Assembly (NCBI RefSeq): GCF_002571385.2
Contig: NW_019218071.1
Coordinates: 62,001-126,000, forward strand
DNA from: Stylophora pistillata
Lineage: Eukaryota
Length of the DNA stretch: 64,000 bases
Reading direction: 5' to 3'
A model generated the notes under the pieces. That model made no database searches, had not been told where the DNA came from, and saw only the letters and a list, made by a program, of their open reading frames with translations. Shown here one piece after another: positions 34,301-46,100 of the stretch. Numbering within the stretch: the first letter of the stretch is position 1; every line of letters begins with the position of its first letter. The position numbers were made by a program, and so were the translations under genes.

Positions 34301-37300
34301 TTCCTACATGTACTTGTGAGCCTCATACCAAATTTAACCCTTTACTACCAAATATCAGAACGCAAACTCTGCATACTGCTCATTATACATTTCCTCATAT
34401 GCTGACAAGGAGAATTTGTTAAGAAATAAAAAGCTTTTTTAGTTGTTTTTAGTTGTAAATAAATGTAATAATAAATACATTATCTGTGACTGTAGCCAGT
34501 TTTAAAATTACTTGTTAATAACCATTACAAAAATTCAATAAACTTACGTGCTCTCTTCACCGAGAAAGATCCCATATCTTTGAAGTGTTACTGGATTGTT
34601 GTCCAGACACAGTGTTCTACCAGTAAGAAACAAAAAGAGTTGAAAATGATGTTTCTGCTACCTAATTATTCAAATTATGTCAGGCCTTTGGACTTTAATA
34701 GTGTACTTTTGTTTGACTTAATCTCACCCTGTCTGGTGTCAGAGAACTTCATTAAGTACAAGTTAAAAGAAAACTTAGGTATAAGTTAAATTATAACATA
34801 ACCAATTAACAAATGGTAAACACCACAGCGTACACTATTGAGTTATGGATGCACGCGGGAGGTTGCTAAGCACGAAAGAAGCGAAAGAGTCGCTCGAGGC
34901 GATAGCCGAGAGCGACTCTAGCTTCTTGAGTGCTTAGCAAACCTCCCAAGTGCATCCATAACTCAATAGTGTACGCTGTGGTGTTTACCATTTGTTAATT
35001 GNGTATAAAGCGATATCCTTACAACTCTTCAGTTTATTAATAGGCAAACTCACTTCTGAGCTACAGATCGCTCTGAAGTAGCTTCACTCTGCTTGATTAT
35101 TTCAGCGTTAAGCTTTTTTAGAAGTCGAGAAAGGGGGTCGCACTAACGATTCCGATGTTTGAATTTGACTTAAGTCCTGTCTTGACATCATACGTATGAG
35201 ACGTGCTGTAAGTGCCCTTTTGTTCTTACAAGTCACCACTGTGGTTTTTGTGGTGGCCGAGGCACCTTTTGAGATCAGTCAGGCCGATGTCCCAATTGAA
35301 TGTCCTGCCTCAAAGCAGGTCGTACCTTGCCGGATGACCTTGATAACAATATTGCGTGATGTTCTACTCCGTACCAAACTCTGGTCGTTGAAACAAAGAC
35401 ACAAAGCCTCCGGACTGTAAGAGTGGGGCAGGCAGGTTCCGTCTAAGGTCGCATTCTGACAACAAATATCCAATAAAATAAAGGGGTGAGAAGGTTTGAA
35501 CTCCTACCTCAGTAGGAAAAGCGCATAGCAACTGAAGAGTGAAATGAGTTAGAATGTTTGTAATGTACGTGATATTTTGATGAACTAAATGCAAATTATT
35601 TGATCGATAATGATTCCTTAAGCTGTCGGAAAGTGGACAACTGAGTGTAAAATGAAATTAGTAATGAAGTAATGATTAACTAAGCTCATCACGTAAGCTT
35701 CGAGCTCCTTGAAGACGATCAGCATTAAGAGGCGACATTTGCTCTCGGCTATCGCCTCGAGCGACTCTTACGCTTCTTTCGCGCTTAGCAAACTCCCATG
35801 TGCATCCATAACTCAATAGTGTATGCTGTGGTGTTTACCATTTGTTAATTAAAAATAAAAAAACAAAATTAACAAATTAAATACACTGTATCATTTTGAG
35901 TGCCAAAATCAGGAATACATGTTAATTTCATTACTGCATCACTTGTTCACACTTGTATCACACTTTCCTTAGATAAGACCTAACTGTTTTATTCACTCTT
36001 TAACTCCCAACACAATACCAATAATATCAACGATAGAGAAAAAGTAACAGTTCGGAGACTTAATTGGCTGATCCAATACCTAATTCTCCAAACTAACATC
36101 ATAACAATTGTACAGTGCAGCAGACAGAAAGGAGAATCACTAAAGTGATCTGGGGGGTGAAAGGGTATTAAACTAGTAAAATAAAACAAATGAATGAATT
36201 CAAAACATGGACATTTATCTTACATACCTGAGACTGGGAAGATGGCTGATAATGTGAGTAGCTAAAGTGTTCAAACCATTGTCCTGAAGGCCAGTGTTCC
36301 ACAAACTATGGTCAAGAAATTATTATGTTAGTAGTAAAGCAAGTAATTTACAGATACAATCTACAGGATTGTACAGTATATCTGACATTAAGTGCACATC
36401 ACAATAAGATATATTGACAAGATTTTCTTAATAAGTGTTCCCTGTCACTTTTTTGAGGTACATGTACTAAGCACCAACAAAAATTTGTTTAAATACTTAT
36501 AATATTTTCAACCTTTAAAGAGTGCTTATTCCAAGTGGGCAACTATTTCAAGGTGGGTATACTGAAATCGAGCATTAATTTGCTCTATATTAGATAGTTT
36601 TCACATGACACCATAGTAGCCACATTAGTAAAACCGTGAAACAATTAAAAAAAAATGGCCATGTTGGTTTCCAGGCCAGGATTTGAAACCCAGTTCTCAT
36701 GTAAAATGTTTCTTTGATTCCAATAAATTTACAAAGCTGCCCACCATGAGATTGAAAACATCCTATTTCTTAGTTCACATTTTCTTAATATTTCATTAAT
36801 CCAATTTACATAACAAGACAGCACATAACTTTTAGAAAATGTACTCACTCAATTGTAGTCAACTTTTCCAGGGGTGGTAAAGTAACAGTCAAGATATTTA
36901 AGATTCTGTCATCTATTTTCCAGCCTATATAAACAAAAGAACCAGACTGTAATTAAAGCAACACCCTATGATTAACAATTATTCCCCAAAGGCGAGGTGA
37001 ATATCGTCAAATAATCCCCGAGATGAAGTCGAGGGGATTAATAGTTTTCGTTTGAATTCGAAACTTGCCCCACTATCTGAACCCAGAGATGTAATAAATA
37101 TCTTGTTTTCTCCACTCACCTTATGGCCCGCACACTTCATACCTGGGCCATAAATCTGAGTAGAAAAAATTTCGTCTGTAACTCACACCACAGACCCCAA
37201 ACTTGGTTAGTAAGAGGTACTTATGGCCTTGAATATGATTCTAACCCACTCTTACTTGCACTAAGACACTGGCAAGTGTATTTCAAATCAAATGGCTTGT

Positions 37301-40300
37301 AACTGACTCTATAATCACTCAAGTTAAGGGTTATACAAAATTGTTGGTTGTTCATAGATTTATCTTAGGTTGTTCACTACACAAGATGATTAGAACTGCC
37401 ACACTGATACTAACAACTTAATATTTAAGTGTATGCATGGCATTTAACAAGAGTTATTTGCCCCTATTAAGACAACATACTGTGATGGAAAATATTTCAC
37501 ATGTGTGGGTTTGATAACAAGACATTGTAATCCTGATCAATAAAACAAGGCTGGCTGTTTAGTTGAATTGCATGGCAGTACTAAATTATGCAACTGTTAA
37601 TCAAAGTGTTTATAACAGCACTCTACCTGTGACATGAACTCTTACAGTGCTAGACCTTGAAGATTTCATGTCATGAAAACATCTAATGAAAAGATCTCTT
37701 TCTAAAACTTGGCTGTGAGAAAAAATGGTCTTTGTACCTTGATAGCCCTAGCTAATAAATTATCCTACACAGTACATACATTCACTTGGCTGTACAATAT
37801 TATAACTTCCATAATGCTAGGATAAACAACAAGTAATTTGCTCCATCTTGGAGCCAAAATCAAAACTGACAATGTCACAGACTAGGCTGATAGAGTAACT
37901 GAACAAAGCACAACTTTTTGTACAACAATATAACAACTTGATCAATTAGTAAATTTGTAATAATTATTGTAATTGTTTTTGGCAATCACCAGGTATGATC
38001 ACTGTTCAGTAGCTATAGCTTGAAATTCACAACTTTTAATTACTAGCAAGAGTATTACTGTTAAGACCCAGATAATTGGTTTTCTGCACAACATTTTCAA
38101 CTAACACAATACAATTTCAATACGTATTAAAATCAACATCAAGCTGTTGGTTTAAGGATCAAATGTTGAGCAATTCAACCAAACCAACAGTAAACAAAGT
38201 TTTTCACTTATCAGTAATTAATTTTCTTACTTCAGTGTTTAGCTGAAAAAAATTATACTTGAATAATTGTTTACAAGCAAAGTGCAAGATTCACTTGAAA
38301 AACTATAATTTTTTCAACCAACAATCAAATTTGTATTGAGCAAAATCGCCATTTTCTGATGAGATAAAGCATTCTTGGTCTGGAATTTCTGCTATGACCT
38401 CCATCCAAAGCACTTGCATGTAAGTATAATTAACATCATGTGCAGATTCCTTCAAGGAAGTGCTTTCTTCACTAAAAGCACATCTTTCAATTCTTTGATA
38501 AATCATGTTATTGCATTGTATGTGTCAAAAGCAAGGTCTTTGTGCATACTAATTAATTTGTTACCAATGAACATGCAAACATTCTTTTCAATAACTATTA
38601 ATTGTCATTGGACCACAAAGATCTCTTTTCTGATAAAATCATTACAAATTCATGATTTAATACATTTAAGATGTTGTTCAAATAGGACAAAAAATACAAG
38701 AAAGAAAGCAAAAGTTCCCACGGTCGTTTTCCTTAGGAGAACCCAACAACTGTAAACAGGCTTATGCTGATCATTCTTTGTGTAATCTTCACAACCACAC
38801 ATACATCTGTACCCCATAATTATCAGATCTAAAGACTCTGCAAGCAAATTACAACTAAACACTGAAAAAGCTCTTTAAATATTCATTATCATCAATGCAA
38901 TTATGAAAGGTATTACCCATTCAATCTCTCTTCTAACCAATTTAACAACTTGAAAAAAACAGCAAATTGACATAAAATACATTTTCTTTGTGTTAGAGGT
39001 TTGTCCAAAAGATTAATTTGACAATCCTGAAACAACTATCTAAAAATTAAAGTGAAATAAACTTAATGTTTGGAAATGTTTGATGTTTGGTTCATGAGCA
39101 AGGGTTTGAACCACTCCTGCACCCTGCACGTGAAACCATTTGAAAGGACCGACTTTGCAGCACTTTATTTACATCTGCAATCAAAAGGGTAAAATTGACT
39201 GCAAAATCCTTCCTTTTCATCCCTTTTTTTTTCATGAGGACTGAAATTTTTAATACTGTCAGTATAGATCTACATCATTCCATAAACAAAAAAATCCTTA
39301 TACTGAAACTTGCCCACAAAGGTGGTGTGGACTGCACACATGTGAAACCATAATTTCTCAAGAAGGGCTTCCATCAATTAACTAGTCACAGAAACTTCTC
39401 CAGCATGGTGATTACAACATCTGCATGCTTTGCTTTTAAGTACCAACATATACTCGTGATAGGGTAGAGTTTTCCCCTTCCGCCTGGACTGAAGAGACTA
39501 ATTTCCATCAGAAGTATTCATGGAGGTCTATCTGACCTAGCAGTTTGCTGGTGTGTACATTTTATACTATATAATACTCTTAGATAAAGACTGAGGTACT
39601 GACTGAAAGAAAACATCATTGCAGAGGTCAGTGGTTCGAATCCCGTACAGGCCTGAAATTTTTTTCAGGTCTGATTTTCACTATTGCTCAAATAGTGCTT
39701 TACTGCGAAGGATCGTGCTCATATACATAAATCCCATAGGTTTGGACAGATAGGTGTAAAATGGTCAACTTACAGCTTTTTTCTTAAGAGACCCTCAGAG
39801 ATCTACCAACAGACAACCCATAAAAAGTGATCAGAATGGGAGTTTGACATGTCAGTGAGAGTGTTCTAGTGGATAATGTCCAAAGGATCATGTAAAAAGT
39901 AGAGTAATGCACACACTCTAACTCAGATCATGACTGTACCTTGAAGACTAGAGAGCTGTTTTGAAACTTTGAAAAAAAAATACTAAGTTGCAACAAAAAT
40001 CTAGTAGAATTCAGGAAAAACTAATTGAGTTATACATCTCCAGTTATTAACTATCATGGTTATTTTTTTATTTTTTTTTTTATTTTTGCATATTCATTTG
40101 CAGTCTTGATGACCAATTGCCCATTTTACCCAAGATCCAAGAACAGATCTGGAGACAAATTTTAATTATTTGATTTTACTTCAGAGTTCTGTTTAATTTG
40201 TTCAGCAAACATGTATGTGCAATGAATTTCCCCGTAATTTCTCTCTTATTGCCTTCTTCCTTCCAACTTCCATTTCAAATTTCTGAGCTAAAGTGAAATC

Positions 40301-41858
40301 ATAAATTATCGGAAAAACTGCAGAGTCTGAACATGTAAAGTGTTTGATATAAGTGTTCGTCTTTCAAGAAAGAAAACTATTCCCTTCAAATTTCATCTTC
40401 AATCTAAATCATGAAAGTTAACATTACTCAATGAACTGACTTGGACAATTGAGAATCAACAAATAATGTGGAAAATTCATGGGAATTTATCTTTTTCTCA
40501 TGTTCTTATGCTGTAAACAGAAAAATATCAAGGGAATGCATCTGCCAAAACCCGCATATTGTCAACAAATCGAGCCACGGCAACATTCAGTGCAGCATTA
40601 AAGAATACACCTTTGTCTGAGTTTAACCCTTTAGGTAAAGTGAATTGCAAGCACGGTGCATGCATGGAGAGATGTCAAAGATCCCCCAATTCATATACTT
40701 TAGAATATTTTCAATAATATTCGATTTGCGTGATGTGCATATTTCCAAACCTTGCAAAATGTAAACTTATTGTCAAAATGCGCAATTACCTCCATACCAC
40801 ATAAACGTGCTCAGGTAATCTTCCTCTTCCTCTTCAATTTCTATGGCGATCGAAAGCCGACCTCCACCGCTTCGGTCAGCTTTCTTCAGAGCGCGCTTCA
40901 TTCGTGTAACGGAGCGTAACGTAGCAAACATTGTGATCTCAAATAAGAAATTGAACAGCCGTCAAGCTGCGCTCCACAGCAGAATATGAGTCCTTGGCGA
41001 CCAAAATCTTCAAAAGATTTACCGTGTAAAACAAAAAGGCCTTTCTCCTTTTAGAGGAGTAAGTCAACAAAGTTGACGTGGGACAAATGAAGTCATTAAA
41101 ATGATTAGCGTCTTCAACAAGAGAAAATCAATAACGAAAAAGTCAATTGTCTTTAAGACCAGAAAAAGAAACGCGCCATTTTCAATAAAGAAACTGTCAA
41201 GGATGTCATTCACATGTATTAAAACTGTTTTTAATGTTGACCGACTCGATAAAGGACAGCGAAATTCGCACTATGATCACACGGAAAATTTGTACGTAAG
41301 TAGACATTTGTCTATGATAACATCCATAAGACGCTCGAGTTAAACTACTTTGATGGCACCATAAAGTTACGAAGAGGGCATAACACAAGAAGAAATATAT
41401 GCTATTTCCTCAACGATAGTTCGGCTGACCTTTCACTCAGATTTTTAAGTGCTAGGAAAAATTAAACGGCGACCTGACAGAGACTGTTTTGTTTACCCAA
41501 AAAGAATATCTGTTTGCACAACCTTACAAACTTTTAAAAGCTTATGAAAGCTCACAAACTATAAACAGCGGTAAAAAGGGGAACATACAGAAAGCGATAA
41601 GAGCATGGATTCTTGCTTTCAACCCAAAGCTCAATGTAAGTTAACACATCGAGTTATGTTCGACAGAAAACCCAAATCCTGAACTAACTGTACCAGGATC
41701 ACGAGGCAACAATACTTACCAAGTTCGACGGGCTGTTCTTCATTTTCCTTTACATTTTCCACTGGCGTTTTATCTCCTGCTCCTTTATCGGCAGAATTAC
41801 CACCTTTATCGGGTTTTTCTGTTTTATCAGCCTTCTCTGACGCTGTTTTCTTCGCCAT
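28335..41858 (-). CDS. LRRC71: Leucine-rich repeat-containing protein 71 (RI-like LRR, cilia-associated)
   Basis: Exons (approximate) 41858-41720, 36924-36849 (GWKIDDRILNILTVTLPPLEKL), 36305-36228 (LWNTGL), 34616-34548 (LCLDNNP), 33675-33528 (LSLRNCYVNDMGARMIGRAL), 33083-33000 (GLRMNRTLLSLNLGSNLIGDNGASKLAE), 32509-32431 (VLSSFALSHEEVVARRLL), short K-rich exons 32332-30091, 29922-29810 (IPGNRALINLNLS), 29666-29555, 28845-28723 (MQTRDPFYK), 28346-28335 (DEP*). Motif order matches LRRC71 as remembered. Confidence 0.88.
34804..35850. mobile_element. Element with about 110-bp TIRs whose left end forms a 197-bp hairpin
   Basis: 34804-35000 is self-complementary; 35742-35850 is the reverse complement of 34804-34913; TTAA at both outer ends; partial third copy at about 54880-54933. 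Confidence 0.7.
39617..39725 (+). mobile_element. tRNA-related SINE fragment
   Basis: gcagaggtcagtGGTTCGAATCCcgtacaggcctgaa: a B-box without a complete cloverleaf. Confidence 0.5.
40790..40931 (-). CDS. Candidate alternative first coding exon of LRRC71 (47 aa)
   Basis: ATG..GGAG|gtaatt, 142 nt, phase 1 like exon 1, so it joins the GWK exon in frame; GC-richer than the surrounding intron. Confidence 0.5.
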
Positions 41859-41880
41859 ATTTCATTGCTCAACAGTCATC

Positions 41881-41919
41881 CGCCATTTTGGTTTCTCTTT
41901 CCTTTGTCGTCATGGTAAC
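41881..41919 (-). promoter_or_regulatory. RFX X-box and YY1-like motif upstream of LRRC71
   Basis: GTCGTCATGGTAAC (41906-41919) fits the X-box palindrome; CAAAATGGCG (minus strand, 41890-41881). Confidence 0.6.
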
Positions 41920-43157
41920 GTTTATTCCCAAGGCTAAGAAATGGCAGCGGCATCTTCAACGCCCAACTTACCTTGGTGTCCCGTGAGTGAAAAATCCCGC
42001 CTGTGTCGGCTCAAAAGGGGAGTATTCTCACGCGCTCTCACTTAGAAAGTAGGTTTAACAGCTACATTTTGGAAAATAAGGGCCGAAAGAGGCCTGAATT
42101 CCTTAAGAACTGTACATTTTTTTCATCTCCGGCTCGTGCGGCATGGTTTTTACTGTCTCGCATTTTGAAAATATGTTCATGTATTGAAAATGGATTTAGA
42201 TCGCATTTTTGTTTCTAACCTATAGGGAGCCGCAAACATTTATGCTTTGACATGTGTCTTCGTCACGACCAGAGCTATCAAGGAATTTGTCAGTTCAGAC
42301 CGGCGTTTTTATGAAAACCCGCCACATCTATTTGGCAAGTTACCATTATAATTGGGACAAAACGGTTTTTTTTTTTCTTTTTCGGTGACCCTCTAACACG
42401 GGAAAAAATCTTCATAATCTTCTCGGTCAATTTTCAATTCATTAAATAAAACTTAAAAGCATCCACCCGCGCCGAATTTTAAAGAGCATAAACCAACCTT
42501 GTCTCTTTGAAATTATTCAAAAGGCACGCCAAATGTGAAAAAACTGTTCGGAAAAACTATGTCATTTTCCTCTAAGTTTACTTATAAAGTCTGTCCTGTC
42601 TTGCCTAGCTTGTCATACACGTTTCCACCGAAAGTTTTCGTTAATTTAAAAGTCCGTCATATTCATGAAAGCATAACGAACTCTTTATCAATAGATGACC
42701 TGCCAAGAAGCTGGTACTGGTGAACGCCATCACCTAAACAAGCCCATGGCTTTGATTATCTCGACCAATCACATTACGGCGTTGAATACAATGCAATGAT
42801 CTACGAAGGGGACGATGAAATGAAAATGTCGGAGATTTCCTGACCCAACAACAAAAAGTTCTATTGAGAAAAAAATGTTAGTTTGGAACTTATGAGGAAA
42901 GTCACCACTAAGACTGATCTGATGTAATATATCACCTGTGACGAAAATAACTCGCGCCATAAAGTAACCAGACTAAAAATTGTCATTTCAATACGAGTTT
43001 TGATTGATTTTACAATCTGTGATTTGGTTTAAAGGACTTAGGGGGAGAAACAAGAATACTGATCCACGATTAGGACTTGGCCGGGCTATCCGTCAGTTAT
43101 CGAGTTTAACTCGAAGTTGCACTGAGCTAGCTTTGTTTAGCAAGGAGAGATCCCACC

Positions 43158-46100
43158 ATGGTTTCTACTTGGTCCACCGACATAAGATGGTCTAAGCTTC
43201 GTCAGTTTGAATACGGAGAACCCAACAACCACCTCGGAGAATTGAAAAAATCTTTAAACACAGCTAGCGACGAAAGCGACGACGAATGGTTGGCTCAGCT
43301 CGAGAGAGACTACGCCACAGCGAAGAGAAATCATCGAGCTTATTGGACTTCTTTGGAGAGAGCATTGACACTAGCGGTTATCATCTTCATTATTATTACC
43401 ATATCTTTAGTTTTTGTACTAATATTTAAACCGTATAATATGGCCGTGGTATTCGGTGGCAGTGGACACAAACCGGACATCTGTGAGTCGCCAGGGTGCA
43501 TAGCTGCGACATACAGTATTTTAAATCATCTTGACAAAAACGTCAATCCCTGTGACGACTTTTACAACTTTGCTTGCGGAAACTGGTTCAAGAGCAGTTT
43601 TATTCCAACCGGGCACTCCAAATGGACAGCTTTTCATCGAGTTTCGGACAACAATCTGATAATACTGAAGAAACTTCTCGAGAACAAACAGCTCGGCTTA
43701 AATGGAAGTTCTACAGTTTTGACGAAAGTGCGAGATTATTTTGCTGCTTGCATGAATAAATCCGTGATTGAAAAACGAGGCGCAGACCCTGTCAAGGAAC
43801 TTATTCACTTTGTAGGTTCGTGGACGATAACCAACGCCTCAGAGGTTGGACCCTGGTCACCAGAGTCGTGGAATTTCGAGCAGGCCCTTAGTAGAATTCA
43901 CAGATTGAAAAGTATGCCTTTGTTTTATATGTTTGTATCGGCTGATGACCGGAATTCGAGCCAAAACATCATACAGGTATGAAACAGTGAAATATTTTTG
44001 CTTATAAGAGCAAAATTTTCTATCAATATTAATGACCTCGCGTCTTCTGTCTTCATTCTGTGGTCTAGGCTAATAACTAAGCTATTTAGAAAATTCATTG
44101 ATGAAAGATGCTCTATGACTATCACTCCTCTCCTTTCTCGACTTTTTCGACGAGCCAAGTGGCCCATAAGGCCGGCGCTTAACTCCGGTTTCCGTAGCAT
44201 AAAGCGACTAGGAGTATTTCTTCTCCCCACTGGATGGGATGCTAGTCCTTTGCAGGGTTACCCCCAGCATTAAATTCACCGATACCTATTTAAACACCTG
44301 GGTCAAGAGAGGCACTGTGAAAGTAAAGTGTCTCGCCCAAGAACACAACACAATGTTCCCGGCTGGGGCTCGAACTCGGACCACTCAATCCGGAGTCGAG
44401 CCGAGTCCGGAGCCACCGCACCTCTCATTTTCGACTTTACCAGCCCAAAATGGATTCTCACGAATGAGGTGCTGATGTGCAGGTCTCACGGTTTTACGTA
44501 CACTTTGTAGCCTGCGACTAAAATCTTGCCAAGTGATAAGATTGCAATTAAAACCTTTACGACGACAATTTAAGGAGGCTCAGGGAAACACAGGGTACCT
44601 TTCCTGTCGCTGGACTAACGCCTAAAACCCTCACTTTTTCAAGTATGTCGGGGTGGAGAAGTCAACTTTTAACTCGAACTTTTTCTATGCCTCCTTAGGT
44701 TCAGCAAGCTGGCATAACACTATCAGACAGAGATTATTACTTCCGGAATGAATCAGATAAGGTAAATATAAATTGACTTTCTGGCATGGGCAAATGCACT
44801 TCCAATTACTTGTGAAAGGGAAGTTAAAGTTACGGAGCATTTGTTGTACAGTCGAATCTTTGTGAACGTAACGGCAATTCGGAAAGAAGGAGAAGCGTCC
44901 GTCAACCTGTCTCGATCCCAAGCTGAAAATCGACATATCTAAGCTAAACATTTGATCTTCATCTTCAGTCCCCTTCTTTTTTGTTGATGTTAGTATTACT
45001 TAGTTCTCCATTAAAAAATAAATAATTTCCTTGGTAACAGTAAGTTTTTTTAGCCTAACGGTTACGTAATTGCTTGATTATATAGGTCTTGCAGGCGTAC
45101 AAAGAGTTCATGGTCAAGGTGTGTTTACTCTTGGGAGGTGAAATTAACAGCACACGGCATCAGATGGAGGAAGTGTTTCAACTCGAAAAGAAATTAGCCA
45201 AAATTTACGAACCAAAAGATCGACTCAGAAACATGGAGCAGATTTATCACAAAATGACGGTAGCTGAACTTCAGCAGCTTGCACCAGCGGTAAGAAACCA
45301 GATTCAGCTCCTCACCCTGCAAATAAGAAACTAGTTGTACTTTTTATCTCGAGGGAGGGGAGAGGGGAGTCGGAGGAGTTTGGGGGGGATCATATGTTTT
45401 TCAGGGGGGACGTAGGAAGGATCTGTCGTCTCTTGTAGAGTATAGAGTGCGGACTAAAGGAAATTGACTGTCACAGAGGGGGGGGGGGCATTACTGTGCT
45501 ACAGGACCCCAGGAGGAGGGGGACCAGGTCGTTATATAACAATAATGGTGTTTAGGAACCAGTTGTTGTTTATCGTCTGGAAGGGGGAGGATTTTGCGAG
45601 GGGTTCAATTGGTTTTCAGAGGGAACGGAGGCGGGATCAGTTGTCGCCAACAGAGTATAAATGGGAACTATTATGTAGAAAATTGGCGACCAATGTAAGA
45701 GGATCATAATAATATTACTATCAATCGTGACACAACCAAAATCTTCCGACCCTCTCCCCTTCCTCCCTAGGTAAGTTTTAGATAGTATACTACTAGTCCT
45801 TGTCAGAAGAAGTAAGGCTAACTACGTTTCCCTTTCAGCGGACAAGTAAAGCCACCTAAAGGAATTTCCATTGTTAAATTTCCATTTATTTAATATATTT
45901 TATTATATTACGATACATGTTTTATGAGGGTCTAAACGGTAGATATGAAGGATAGAAAAACGTTTACCCACGATTATGTTGAATCGGTGTTAATTTTTTT
46001 GTTCATTCTCCTCAGATTTCATGGTTGGATTACATGAATGCGATGTTTAGCAGCCCGGTCACTCATCAGGAGTATGTGGTGGTTTATACCCCAGAATACT

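Noticed and set aside
38303-38862. Intronic ORFs as the missing LRRC71 exons
   Set aside because: The translations show no LRRC71-like motifs and have AT-rich non-coding composition.
40202-40628. Extra minus-strand exons (40628-40611, 40287-40202) completing a nested micro-gene
   Set aside because: Phases fit, but the donor is weak, the frame stops after 28 codons and there is no recognisable homology.
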